Shown here: positions 1 to 13,329 of the stretch, in pieces
Layout: every line of letters starts with the position of its first letter
Numbering within the stretch: the first letter of the stretch is position 1
Assembly: GCF_006345805.1 (NCBI RefSeq)
Contig: NC_043001.1
Span: 116,436,001-116,500,000 of the forward strand
DNA length: 64,000 bases
Direction of reading: 5' to 3'
Source: Octopus sinensis
Lineage: Eukaryota
Translations under genes and position numbers: made by a program
Notes under the pieces: model-generated
What the model was told of the DNA's origin: nothing
Database searches by the model: none
What the model saw: only the letters and a program-made list of their open reading frames with translations

Positions 1-254
1 CGGCTGGATGCCCTTCCTAACGCCAACCACTCCGTGAGTGTAGTGGGTGCTTTTTACGTGCCACCTGCACAGGTGCCAGATGGAGCTGGCAAACGGCCAT
101 GATCGGATGGTGCTTTTTACGTGCCACCGGCACGGGGGCCGGGCGAGGCTGGCAACGGCCACGAATGGATGGTGCTTTTTACGTGCCACTGGCACGAGGC
201 CACTCTGGGCGGCGCTGGCAACGGCCACAAACGGATGGTGCTTTTTATGTGCCA
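1..254 (-). mobile_element. RTE LINE 3' UTR fragment with ~62-bp subrepeats (runs off window start)
   Basis: Same motifs (ggatgcccttcctaacgccaaccac; ggtgctttttacgtgccac) as the sequence directly downstream of the RTE ORF at 61796-62858, in reverse orientation. Confidence 0.85.
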
Positions 255-440
255 AATGTCTATATACATATGCGAACATACACACAAGTATAACTACAAA
301 TAAGGATATATACATATATACAAGGCTGGCCTAAGTAATAAAACAATGTCAAAAGCAGGTATATTTAAAATAATAAAAACTAATACACCTACATGTTGTT
401 CCTTTGCTGGATTTTGTCTTTTATTTTCTGTATGTTTGAA

Positions 441-816
441 CTCTTTTACTCCATGCTGGAGCACCGCCTTTTAATCGAGCAACTCGGCCCCGGGACTTAT
501 TCTTTTGTAAGTCCAGTACTTATTCTATCAGTCTCTTTTGCCGAAACGCCAAGTAACGGGGACATAAACACACCAGCATCGGTTGTCAGGCAATGCTAGG
601 GGGACAAACACAGACACACAAACACACACACACATATATATATATATATACATATATACGACGGGCTTCTTTCAGTTTCCGTCTACCAAATTCACTCACA
701 AGGCTTTGGTCGGCCCGAGGCTATAGTAGAAGACACTTGCCCAAGGTGCCACGCAGTGGGACTGAACCCGGGACCATGTGGTTGGTAAACAAGCTACTTA
801 CCACACAGCCACTCCT
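441..816 (-). mobile_element. tRNA-derived CORE-like SINE family A
   Basis: Reverse complement has A box tggctgtgtggt, B box gggttcagtccc, CORE-like ggcaccttgggcaagtgtcttc, internal (TA)n(TG)n and the family 3' tail; more than 20 related copies in the window. Confidence 0.9.
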
Positions 817-860
817 ATATTTAAAATAAACCACCAGTACATATTCACACCATACAAATA

Positions 861-896
<36 letters not shown>

Positions 897-897
<1 letters not shown>

Positions 898-1510
898 CTT
901 TTATTTGTTTCAGTCATTTGATTGCGGTCATGCTGGAGCACCAGCTTTTAGTCAAAGAAATCGCCCCCAGGACTTATTCTTTGTAAGCCTGGTACTTATT
1001 CTATTGGTCTCTTTTGCTGAACCGCTAAGTTATGGAGACATAAACACACCAACATTAGTTGTCAAGCGATGGTGGTGGTGGTGGTTTGGAACAAACACAG
1101 ACATAAACACACACATACACGTGGGCGTGTGTGGCTTAGTGGGTAGGGTGTTGCACTCATGATTGTAAGATTGTGGTTTCAATTCCTGATTGGGCAATGC
1201 ATTGTGTTCTTGAGCAAAACTCTTCATTCTATGTTGCTCCAGTCCACTCAGTTGGTAAATATGAGCAATTCTGCAACAGACTGGCATCCCATCCAGGGGT
1301 GGAGGAGATATATTTAATACAGAATCTGGGAAACAAATCTTATGTGCCTGTGGCTCAGAAAGGACTTTTCATACTTTTTGATATATATACAGGATAGGCT
1401 TCTTTCAGTTTCCTTCCACCAAGTCCACTCACAAGGCTTTGGTCACCTTGGTGCCGTAGAAGGGGACATTTGCACAAGATCCCATCCAGTGAAACTGAAC
1501 TTGGAACCAT
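897..1510 (-). mobile_element. SINE family A split by a family D SINE
   Basis: 3' half at 897-1115 and 5' half at ~1391-1510, with a family D SINE in the internal microsatellite. Confidence 0.75.
1122..1350 (+). mobile_element. tRNA-derived SINE family D (diverged)
   Basis: tggcttagtgggtaggg A box, ggtttcaattcc B box, tgttcttgagcaaaac and ccagtccactcag body; related to 1952-2200. Confidence 0.75.
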
Positions 1511-1951
1511 ATATGTATACACTCTCTCTCTCTCATACACATGCACATTTACTTTCTGACTGAAAGGGGGAACTCAGTGTTTAAGAAAGTGCATAACAAT
1601 GTCAAATAAATCTGGTGGTAGTCTACATCACATATAATTAGTCCAAAGTTAGGTCCACAGAAAAGGTGGATGAATTCAGTTGTCGTGATGAGTGAAGTTT
1701 CTCAAATTTCAGCATTGTTGCACTTCATCTGAGAATTAGGAAGAGAGGAAAAGTGTTGTTGCTTGATGGATTATATGTGTTGGTCAAACAACACTAGCAA
1801 CAAAAATACTATTCTCTCTTTTTTCCCTTACTCTCTGAAGGATAGTGAAGACTTTTGATTATGCAGTTCTTCATTCCTCACAGCAACCAGACTTATCAAA
1901 CTGATATATGAATTCTGCTATGCTATAATAGACTATACCACATCATATCTG

Positions 1952-2200
1952 TGGAGGTACATGGCTTAGTGGTTAGGGTGTCAGCATCATGATCGTAAGC
2001 TTGTGGTTTCGATTCCTGGACCGGGCGACACGTGTTCTTGAGCAAAACACTTCATTTCATGTTGCTCCAGTCCACTCAGCTGGCAAAAATGAGTAACACT
2101 GCGATGGACTGGCGTCCCGTCCAGCTGGGGAACAAATACACCATAGAAACTGGGAAACCGGGCCCATGAGCCTGACAGGGCTTTAAAAAAAAAGGGCACA
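1952..2200 (+). mobile_element. tRNA-derived SINE family D
   Basis: ggaggtacatggcttagtggttaggg head, B box ggtttcgattcc, CORE-like body, A-rich end. Confidence 0.85.
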
Positions 2201-2420
2201 TTTATTTTATTTTTTTATTTCATATCTACTTCAGCACTATTTTGATTTATTTCAGGTTTCCTTTAGTATTTATAAATGTTGTGTACAATCACATAATTAT
2301 ACAGCATTTACAGAGAACCACTACACTGTTGTTAGATTTAATAGAATTAGCAGTCAAATACATCTTAAAGCATATACTAGTGTCTTAAGAAAGGAAGGAC
2401 AGTTTTAGATGCTTGTTACT

Positions 2421-2606
2421 TTAACTGTTTAGTATTCAAATTACTCTGTCAAATGTAATGGTTATTTATTCACATTGTTTTGAATTAATCATGCATTGTC
2501 TTGTAGCTTTGAGATTTTGATGATGTGTTTATTTTTAGGCTGACATTGCAGGACGGAGTGAGCGGCCCTGAGCCTGATATGGCCTGTTTGAACGCTAAAG
2601 AGTTAA
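2421..2606. mobile_element. piggyBac-like MITE
   Basis: TTAA at both ends; 20-bp terminal inverted repeats ttaactgtttagtattcaaa / tttgaacgctaaagagttaa match 17/20. Confidence 0.65.
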
Positions 2607-3290
2607 ACAAAAATAAAGACACAATGGTCACAGAGTGTACATCTTTGATCATAGGCCTACACAGGCATGGCTGACCTGTAGTGAAACAACAATGAAATTA
2701 CCGACAGAAACAATATCAGTTGATAAAGGCATGTTCAAGTTTACTTTGTAATGTTCAGAATACTCTCTTTCAATATCAACAGTGTGTAAATAAAAATTAT
2801 ATTAATTAGAAACAATGGTAATGTCATGCACAATAAACACTATGGAAGAACATCCTTGACAAAAATAACCTCAACAACAACCACTATGGAAGAACATCTT
2901 CAACATCTACAATAGTTATCAAGAATAGTGATGCCATCTACAACATCTATGGGACAACATCCTTGTCATTCATCATTTTAACATCCACTTTTCCATGCTT
3001 GCATGAGTCAGATGGAGTTTATTGCAGTAGGCTTAGATGCCCTTCCTGTTGCCAGCCATCACTGGTTTCCAAGAAAATAATATTTCCTCGTGACTAGACT
3101 TGTTTTTGCACAACACTGGAAATGAACGACACTGCTTGTACAACAGTGACATTCATTTACAACTGTTACACAATGTTACGACAAAGAAACATAAACACAC
3201 ATACACATTTGTGTGTGCATGTGTGTGTGTGTGTGAAATTGTGTGTGTATGTGTGTTTGTTCACACACAATGGGATTCTTTCAGTTTCTT

Positions 3291-3520
3291 ATTTCTTTAC
3301 TGCCCACAAGGGGCTACACACAGAGGGGACAAACAAGGATAGACAAATGGATTAAGTTGATTATATCAACCCCAGTGCATAACTGGTACTTATTTAATCG
3401 ACCCCAAAAGGATGAAAGGTAAAGTCAACCTTGGCAGAATTTGAACTCAGAACATAGCAGCAGACGAAATACCGCTAAGCATTTCGCCCGGCATTCTAAC
3501 ATTTCTGCCAGCTTGCCGCC
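3291..3520 (-). mobile_element. tRNA-derived SINE family B (Meta-domain-like)
   Basis: Reverse complement begins ggcggcaagctggcagaa and contains gcctttcatccttttggggtcgat...aagtaccag, resembling the MetaSINE central domain. Confidence 0.8.
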
Positions 3521-3957
3521 TTCTTTCAGTTTCTGTCTACCAAATCCACTCACAAAGCCTAGGGCTATAGCAGAACACACTTGTTCAAGGTGCTACACAG
3601 AGGAACTGAACCTGGGACCATGTAGTTAGGAATCAAACTTCTTACCACAAAAATCACACCAGTAATTAAGGTTATCTACTCAGAGCATTCTTGGTATTCT
3701 ATTCTCCTTCTACATAGTCTACCTTTCCTAAACTATTTCAACAAACCCAAAACACTGTCATTTAACTACATACAATATTCTATAAAACTATGTAAAGTTT
3801 ACCATTCACTGCACAACATTTCAGTTGGTACAACTCCTACAAATTTGTTTGATCAGAGTAGATTTGTGTAATTACAACAGTAGCTAATATATTTAATTCA
3901 TTGAGCAATTACACCAAAGGTTGTAAGCTCATATCTGTAGTAAATGTATTACTAGAT

Positions 3958-3997
3958 TGTGCTGATGAGTTGAATCTCAAGGAAAGTTAACTATACG
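3958..3997 (+). ncRNA. Degenerate minimal hammerhead-like motif
   Basis: ctgatga, g-ttga-atc-tcaa-g, gaaa, palindrome agttaact, then a; G-G mismatch closes stem II and stem I is weak. Confidence 0.3.
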
Positions 3998-5891
3998 TTA
4001 CTTAGCGGTTCGGCAAAAGAGACTGATAGAATAAGTACTGGGCTTACAAAAGAATAAGTCCCGGGATCGATTTGCTCGACTAAAGGCGGTGCTCCAGCAT
4101 GGCCGCAGTCAAATGACTGAAACAAGTAAAAGAATAAAAGAAAGAATATACATGTTTAAATTAAGCATTACCACCTCTTTCTCCAACACACACACTATCC
4201 CACTTTTCTTCATACTAAATATTCTGTTCTACTCGAGGCACAAGGCTCGAAATTTTGGGGGAGGAGGCCAGTCAATTAGATTGACCCAAGTACAAAAATT
4301 TATTGACCCCGAAAAGATGAAAGGCAAATTCGACCTCAGCGGAATTTGAACTCAGAACATAAAGACAGACGAAATGCCACTAAGCATTTTGCTAACATTT
4401 CTGTTAACCTTGTTCATACTAGATATTTTAAAATATATTGGTTTGTCAGATAAATTCATTAATTTTTTTCTTTCTACTTAGCATTTCATCGTCTAAATAT
4501 GTCTAAAAAAGGTAAAATTTATTTGTTTCAAAGACATCAAGTTACAAAATCCAATAAATAAAAACCTGTAAAACACTGCAATAAAAATATCTTATTTATG
4601 AATTCAGAAAACAGCAGAAAAAATTAAAATGAATGGAAAACAAAAATGAAAAGCTAAGAAAATATGAACAAATTTATCTGACAACCGAATACGTCTGTTG
4701 TTTGACTTTCTAATACAAGTAACATTAGTGCAAAAGGTTAAAAGGTGCAATTAGATAAAATAATTTTACAACATATAGTAGTGTTGTTTCAGAAAAGCTG
4801 AACTAGCTCCTCAATGCATGATCTACAAAAGTAAGGGTAGATGAGTGACTAATTAACCTTTAAATCATAACTTGGTTTCTATGGAAACTTCATGACATTT
4901 CTTAAATTACTTAGTGTCATTGGTAACTATCTTTTTCGATTGAAATAAACATGGACAATTGTAGTTCTGTACTTTTAACAAAATATCACAATATCATTTA
5001 GGGGAAGTGGGGGGAAACAAGAGATTAATAGCTCAGTGAGGAAATATTTTCACTTAAACAAAGATGTTCTGTTGGAACAAACTATACTGCGGTTGATACC
5101 CTGAGAGAAACTCTCATATTGGCTTTTGGTGCAAAATGCACTCCTGTTTATATCACTAGCGTGGAGATAAATCCACATGATCTCCAGCACTGAGAGCATC
5201 AGATCACATGATTTCAACCTTCCTTGGTCTTGACAATGGTGGACGCTTGACCGCTAGAGATAGCAGCAACTCATCTCCCCACCAGTGATATATAGAAAAT
5301 GTGCCAGAACTGGTGTTGGTGTTGTAATTAGCCAGTGATTGTTTTAAAAAATTAACCAGTGAGCTTTTAAAAAAAAATATATATATATATATATTTTAAT
5401 AGCTCATTGATGGAATATTTGAGTTGGATAACTGAAGGTTTTCTTTTCAAGACTTATGAAAACCTAGTTAGATATCAGAGTCAAGGCATCACAAAACTTA
5501 AGTACTAGTGATATTATGATATAAGGATTTCATAATAAACTTTAGAGAAACTAACAAAAGAAAAAATATTCTATTTCAATTCCGTTTTGAGTTGCAACTC
5601 TTTTGTGGTAAGCTCCAAGAAATCTTAGATATTTTATGCCAATAACAGCAACTGCAATAGCTAAGAACCAATGAAGGTGCATCTACATAGTTATTTGACC
5701 TACTAAAAAAAAACAAATTTCTCTAACAGTGTGGGACACTAGTACTCCAGAATGGTAGACAACTTTTGTTGGAGTGTTTAAGCAAATATTTTTTAACACA
5801 ACCTCAGGTCAACCTTGTGAGTCAAAACTGATTTGGTTAGTTCACATTCCTGTGAGAATCATAGGGTTGGTTTCCCAGTTGCTCTGATGTG

Positions 5892-5929
<38 letters not shown>

Positions 5930-6698
5930 CCTCCCTGAATAGAACAACAGTCCATTGCAGGATTACTCATTTTTACCAGCTGAGTGGTTTGGAGCAACAG
6001 GAAATGAAGTGTTTTGTTCAAGAACACAACACGTTACCCAGTCAAGGGATCAAAACCACAGTCTTACAATCATGGGTCCAACACCCTAACCACTAAGCCA
6101 TGCACCTTCACTAATAAATTTAATAGACAGAAATTGCATGAGAATCTACTGGAAATATTGTTGATGTTCTCAGATGGTAGGCAAGTAATCTGTCAACCAG
6201 TTTAATACCACCAGCTAGGCATTGGATGACTTTAGCAGAGTCCAATCTGTTGCAAGCATGGAGGTCAGATTCTTCATGAGTTTGACTAGGTCAGTAAAGA
6301 AAAAAAAAAATCAAATATTCAAGTTTAGAAGGCAAATGTAGCTATGAATAATATCTATAATCTTCAACAAGAAGTGAATTAAAAAGGGAAGAGACAAATT
6401 TTTCATTGACTACAGAAAATAACCAGAAAATAAACCAACTTCCATAATGTAGAAATATAGGACACATTACTTGAAATAGAAGATTTAAGTAAAGCAACTA
6501 ATCCAGTCTGTATTTGTTAGAAGAAACATCGGAAGCTTTTAAAAAAAGAATATGTTATGGTTCAGCTCTATGCAAGACTTACACTCCAAAGTCTGTGAGA
6601 GAACAGCATGGAGCTTGATGCAATAAACTAAACTAACTCTCTCTCTAATCTGTAAAACTAAATTGGGAAAACCACAATGATTAGAAGGGTTCAGCTAT

Positions 6699-7000
<302 letters not shown>

Positions 7001-8024
7001 GCCTGCCAGGGCAAATAGAATTTAAATAAATATATTTTCATATTTGTGAAATGCTTCTGTTTGCTTGTCATCTGATGCCATTTGATATTTGGAAGACTTG
7101 AAAATTTGTGACAACAAATCCAGTTTTCTAAATCCATGGAATTGTGCAATAGCAAAACCAAAGTCACCAGGTCATGACAACAAATCTTTAGGAGCGATGA
7201 CATTACTCAGTACCAATGAATTGACTAGTTCAGTCCCATAACAAACACAATTCTCCCAGTGAAACAACGAGTCTCTTCACAGAATTTCATGTATCAGAAC
7301 ACTCACAATTTAGTCAATGCGGAAATGAGACAAGACATTTTTTCTCCTCCCTGTGTGAGTATCAGGTTAATGAAAGTGTTACTACTACTACTACTACCTG
7401 TTGCTGCTGCTGCTGCTGCTGATGATGATGATGATGGGAGTGAATATGATGGTGGCAACAGTGATGAGGAGGATGGTGGTGGTAGTGATGATGGTGACAG
7501 TGATAAGGAAGTAGTGGTGGTGATGATATGATTGTGATGATGATGACAATGGCAACAACAGTATTATGATGATGATGATGATTGTTGATTTCCCTTAGAG
7601 AAAAATCCCTAATAGTTAATCCAGGCTTATCAAATTCTGACGGGTGTGGCCATGTTGATAGACTGTTGCTGGGATTTTGTTATTGAAAAGGGGGCGGGCA
7701 AAGTAGCAGATGATATTGTGGAATATTTGTTGTCATAGAGATGATGATGATGATGATGAAGATGGTGGCGGTAATGGCAGTGGAAATGAGAGAATTTGTG
7801 GAGATGGGGGAAATAAACCAGATGTTGATGGTACTAAAAAAAATGTTGATGTTAGCAATACTTTCTGATTGTATTCTTAAGAATGCTAGCAGTGATTGCA
7901 GTGATAACTTCAGGTTGAAATAGCTCCGGTGGTTTTGGTGATGAGGTGAAGAACTGTTTTTGGAGCCAAGCTATCAGAAGGAAATGAAAATTCAAAGGAT
8001 TTCCATTGGTACCTTTTATAGTAT

Positions 8025-8418
8025 ATTTGTTTCAGTCATTAGACTGCAGCCATGCTGAGGTACTACTTTGAAAAACTTTTAGTCAACCTGAGAACTTAGT
8101 GTTTCTTTTAAAGCCAGGTACTTATTCTGTTGGTCTCTTTTGCTGAAGCGCTAAGTTACAGGGACGTAAACACACCAACACCAATTGTCAAGCAGTGACT
8201 GGGGAACAAACAAAGACACACATGCACAGAGTGTGTGTATATATATATATATATATGATAGGCTTCTTTCAGTTTTATCTACCAAATCCACTCACAAGGC
8301 TTTGGTTCGCCTGAAGCAATAATAGAAGACACTTGCTCAAGATGCCATGCAGTGGGATTGAACCCTGAACCATGTTGTTGAAAAGCAAGCTTCTTATCAC
8401 ACAGCCTCGCCTGTGCCT
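8025..8418 (-). mobile_element. SINE family A
   Basis: Diverged full-length copy with internal (TG)(TA)n. Confidence 0.8.
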
Positions 8419-9084
8419 ATTGAGAGCATTGTTTATGGTAATGTTTGCAGAGATGATAATTTTAAATACAGCAACAAAAGTAGAGGAGAGAAAGACAGAA
8501 ATGATCTGATGGTGATTTTGCAGCTAATTTTCATCGATTCAGTGGTTGTGTAGAGATCCCCTTTATTGCTTTAAGAGAGTTTTATGTGATTACGTTAGGA
8601 CAAGGTCAAGTATTAATGCAGAAATGGGTTGTTTTTTTTATATCTCATCTCAGGTAATTAATGAGAGATCAAAAGCTCCTCCGTGTTTGGTGTTAACAAG
8701 TATAGTTAGGTAAGGTTAGCAGATGGTTAGCACTAGTAGAATGTAAGTAGGGAAAGAAGGCAAATTAGATGATAAATGCTTTGCAGATGGAAAGTTATAA
8801 TAATTACAGCTGTTGTTTAAGTGTGTGTGGGGTAAATGAGTGCGTATGTGGATATGCAAGAAACTCAGTTTGGTTAAAATCTTGAGAAGTTTGTTTCAAA
8901 ATCATGAGATTCTGGGCTCAATTCTACTGCATGTTTTATCATAGCTTTGGGCCACATTAAGCCTTGTGAGAGAAATTTTGGTAGATAGACAATATTCAGA
9001 AACTTATCAGATGGGCTGTACCTGAGATTAAAAGGGCCAGCTAAAGGAGTGACATTAACAAGCTATAAATAGAGCTTACAAAGT

Positions 9085-9385
9085 ACTTCATAAATAACCT
9101 GCACCAGCACAACAGCTCACTTTACTATTATCACTTTGAATACAGCATTTTCAAAGCACATTTGGAAACAGAGAGATAAAAAGGAAAGACTGCTATTTTT
9201 CCATAGGCAATGTTGGATAAGACATTTAAGGATGGATCAAAATCATGTTGCTTCTACTTCATATAGAAACATCATATTATCTGCTCAATCTAAAAAATTA
9301 AGGAAAGAAAACAAAAACAGAGCTAATTTACCACTCAATAGATGCCAAAACACTTCAAAGAGAGAAGATTTCCCTACCTGATGAA
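9085..9385 (+). pseudogene. Penelope-like element GIY-YIG endonuclease C-terminal relic
   Basis: NTAFSKHIWKQRDK followed, across frameshifts, by MLDKTFKDGSKSCC..KHHIICS; matches the PLE pattern T.LSKHIW.LKD...W.IL...Y..G...C.LC..EK..I. Confidence 0.6.
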
Positions 9386-9420
9386 ATTTGCTTATTCTAC
9401 ACATCTTCAAAAGTGCAAAC

Positions 9421-9499
9421 CTAATGGATAATTTGTTGATGCCCGAGATCCGAGAAGACACACACACACAGACAGACAGAACGGATTTTATATAATAGA
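9421..9499 (-). mobile_element. Helitron-like 5' end fragment
   Basis: Reverse complement a^tctattatataaaatccgttctgtctgtctgtgtg, the same architecture as the 5' ends at 30922 and 31054. Confidence 0.5.
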
Positions 9500-10239
9500 T
9501 ATGTTATACACATACAGAGAGAGTGGCAGGCAGGCAGGCAGAATAGACAGACAGACGGACAGACAGACAGACAGACAGATAGACATAAACATAGAAAAGA
9601 GAGACAGACACATGGAGACAGATAGAGACACAGATAGAAAGAGAACATGAAAGATTTTCTTTCTTTTCTGCAAAAGCATGAAGGTTAAGCTATTTAGAAG
9701 GATAGATATATGAGAAGTAGTAATTTTTGAGACATTCTCAAGGGTACTAGAGTACCCTCAGGGAACTGAGAATAACATATGAAGATTAAGCTAGTAAGTA
9801 GGAATAGTACATTCAAGAACTAAGTGTTTTACAGTATTGTATTTAATTTTGTCCCTCTTCTGTTCCATATTGAAATCCCTCCAGGATTGATAAATTTAGA
9901 AGTTGTAATATTGGAAGATTGATTCAAACCAACTGTATATAGAACACCAGCACCACCAACACTAGCACCAACACTTAGCTTTTATCTATTTAAGAGATTG
10001 GTATAATACACAAATACACATATCAGATGTAGTAATATAATATAAACACACACACACACATAAATTCATACGGAAATGCAGAGTAACACCCAAAAATAAG
10101 AACCCAGATCATGACCACCAGCCCTTCTTTTGCGTATACAGCTATTCCATGAATGTTGAATAAAAGAACCTTGTGGTTCGAATATTAAAATTTGAGGAAC
10201 TCCATAGTTTTATTTTTTATTTATTTTTTTTTTTTTTTC

Positions 10240-10620
10240 ATATTTTCAGTCATTTGACAGTGGCCATGCTGGGATACCCCCTTGAAGGGTTTTAGTTAAA
10301 CAAATCTACACTGGGATTATTTTTTAAAAGCCTAATACTTATTCTATTAATCATTTTACTGAACTGCTAGGTTACGGGGATGTAAACACACCAACATTGG
10401 TTGTCAAACAGTGGGGAGGGGGACAGATGCAGACGCACATGTGCACATATGCACACACACACACACACACTACAAGCTTCTTTCAGTTTTTGTCTACCAA
10501 ATCTACTCACAAGACTTTGGTCAGCCTGGGGCTTGCCCAAAGTATCATGCAGTGGGACTGAACCTGAAACCATATGACTGAGAAGCAAGCTTTTTACCAC
10601 ACAGCCATACCTGCACCTAT
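10240..10620 (-). mobile_element. SINE family A (diverged)
   Basis: Tail, internal (CA)n, CORE-like segment and head recognisable. Confidence 0.75.
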
Positions 10621-10950
10621 ATGAGGAACTCCTTGGTTCTAGAATTTTATACAAAAGATTTGAAATAATACACACATTACACACACACACACACACATGC
10701 ATGCATACAGTATATGTACATATATCCACACATTTCTATTTCTGTATGGAGTAATCTGCAATATAAAAGATATTGCAAACTGAACAATGGCCAATTCACT
10801 TTTGCTATTGGTCTCTACGTTCAACAAGACCACCAGCTTCATTAAATTCTGATAAAGAAAAATCTAATATTGCATCTGAATCTTAATCTCTTTGACTTTA
10901 CAACACACGGGAGATCAAGCAAAAAAATTACCAGAGCACTTCCTATGGAA

Positions 10951-11003
<53 letters not shown>

Positions 11004-11109
11004 TGCTAACTTTCTCTAATTAATCATATACACAGAGGAATTATGTAATAACACAATAACTTAGGCAATATATAGCCATACAAAAATATAGGAGCCACTA
11101 TGTATCAGA

Positions 11110-11420
11110 TTGACCTGTTAGAAACAGCAGCCAAATTTCCCTTAGATCGCATCATATAATCTTACACAAAGACAGAATGCACTAGATTATATAAATCCTG
11201 TGTATGCTAAACTGTCTGGTTGTTTATAGCCAGAATGTCTTTGATAGGTCTGCTTAATCTCCTAGAAATAGCAGCCAAATCTCCTTTAGATTGCAATCCT
11301 AGCCTCAAGGGCAGAATGCACTAGATAATGTAGTCCTACATATGCTAAACTGTCAGAGTGTTCAAAGCTGGAATGTCTCTGATAATAATTTGATTGAACT
11401 ACATTGACCAAAGATTAAAC
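11110..11420 (+). repeat. Unclassified dispersed repeat, two diverged ~145-bp tandem copies
   Basis: tagaaa(c/t)agcagccaaat...agaatgcactagat...atgctaaactgtc...gaatgtctytgata twice; relatives near 25860, 37140, 37400, 40320, 62870, 63720. Confidence 0.65.
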
Positions 11421-11693
11421 AACAGTTCTAAACATTCTTCTGTGTTCACTGTCATTCAATATCTAGTTTGACATGTCAAGCAAACACCTGTGTATAGCCT
11501 CTTTTCATACCACAGACAGAATACATCACAACTGTAACAGTTCTTGACAACAGCAGGTGTGCAAGCCTTGTGACTTTGTTAACACTGCAACATTTGGTTG
11601 TTTCTGATGAATTTTACTACCAATTGACCAAATCATCATCACCAGCATTTAACATCCATTTTCCATATTGGCATGAGTTGGATGGTTTGACAG

Positions 11694-12330
11694 GAGCAGG
11701 TCAGCTGGAGAGCAGGCCAGATGGAGAGCAAGCCAGCTGGAGAGCAGGCTAACTGGAGAGCAGGCTAGCTGGAGAGCAGGCCACCTCGGAAACAGGCCAG
11801 CTGGAGATCAGGCCAGAGGGAGAGCAGGCTAACTGGAGAGCAGGCCAGCTGGAGAGCAAGCCAAATGGGGAGAAGACAAGCCACAGAGAAGGCCAGCCGG
11901 AGAGCAGGCCAGCTGGAGAGCAGGCCAAATGGAGAGCAAGCCAAATGGAGATCAGGCCAAATGGAGATCAAGCCAAATGGAGAGCAGGCCAGCTGGAGAG
12001 CAGGCCAACTTGAAAGCAGGCCAGCTGGAGCGCAAGCCAAATGGAGAGCAGGTCAGCTGGAGCGCAGGCCAGCTGGAGAGCAAGCCAAATGGAGAGCAGG
12101 CCAGCTGGAGCGCAAGCCAAATGGAGATCAAGCCAAATGGAGAGCAGGCCAGCTGGAGAGCAGGCCAACTTGAAAGCAGGCCAGCTGGAGCGCAAGCCAA
12201 ATGGAGAGCAGGCCAAAGGGAGAGCAGGCCAAAGGGAGAGCAGGCCAAATGGAGAGCAGGCCAGCTGGAGATCAAGCCAAATGGAGAGCAGGCCAAATGG
12301 AGAGCAGTCCAGCTGCAGAGCAGTCCAGCA
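11694..12330 (+). repeat. 16-bp minisatellite, ~40 units (consensus gctggagagcaggcca / aatggagagcaagcca)
   Basis: Direct reading; 16-bp period produces the repetitive ORFs in several frames. Confidence 0.95.
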
Positions 12331-13329
12331 GAGTGGTTGGCTATAGAGCAACCTCACTTTTGCTGGGACCACAAAAAACTAAGCACTCACTATACATGTA
12401 AAGTGGTTGGCAAATCAAGTAGAGACAGCTCAGGGTTGAGTGAATTCTGTAGTTTTGCAAAGTGCTGAGGCATTCTTTTGGAGTTAGTGTCCTGAAAAAT
12501 GTACCTAAGGCACTCTGTAAAGTGGTTGGTGTTGGAGAGGGTATCGATCCTTAAAAAACAAATCAAACCAAACCAGATGTTTGAACAAAATGTGATTCTC
12601 TAACATTTCAGATTGTGTCCAACCATCCAACCCATGCAAGCATGGTAAGCAGATGTAAAATTATGTCAATGATGATTTATTTATTTATTTATTTCACTGT
12701 CTTTTATTTGTTTCAGTGATTGGACTGTGGCCATGTTGGGGCACCAACTCAAATGCTTTAGTCCAACAGATCAACTTCAGCACTTATTTTTTAAGTCTGG
12801 CCCTTACTTTGTTGGTCTCTTTTGCCAAATTGCTGAGTTATAGGGACATAAACAAAGCAACAGCAGTTGTCAAGTGGTGGTAAGGACAAACATAATACAA
12901 ACTCACACACAATGGGCTTCCTCATAGTTTCTGCCTACCAAATTCACTAACAAGACATTAGTCAGCCATGGGCTTATAGTAGAAGACACTTGCCTAAAGT
13001 ACTACAAAGCAGTGGTTTTCAGTCTCTTTGAGTTTTTGGTGCGCTGGAGATCAAATATAAGAAAAATAAGAAAAAAATTTTCTTGTATTTGAAGACCAAG
13101 CAAAAATATTACTTGTGCACTTGAAACGGAAAGTTAAAAAAACACTGTTCTGAAGTTAGAAATTTAGAAAAATAACACAGAAAACTGTTTGTGTTATTAA
13201 TCATACTTTCTATATGAAAATTATGATTAACACATTTTTCAAAATGTTCAGCTATTAATATGGATTTTCTAAAAACAATTTCTTTTAAAAGACCCACAGC
13301 ATCCCAAGATATCTTTGTAGTATGTCAGT

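Noticed and set aside
5050-5370. Coding-looking unique segment with ~55-65-codon open frames on the minus strand
   Set aside because: No recognisable homology, weak splice sites and no linked exons.
7380-7923. Asp/Gly/Met-rich ORFs
   Set aside because: Degenerate (GAT/GGT)n trinucleotide low-complexity DNA.
11765-12468. Repetitive ORFs on both strands
   Set aside because: The 16-bp unit is not a multiple of 3 and is open on both strands; no exon signals.
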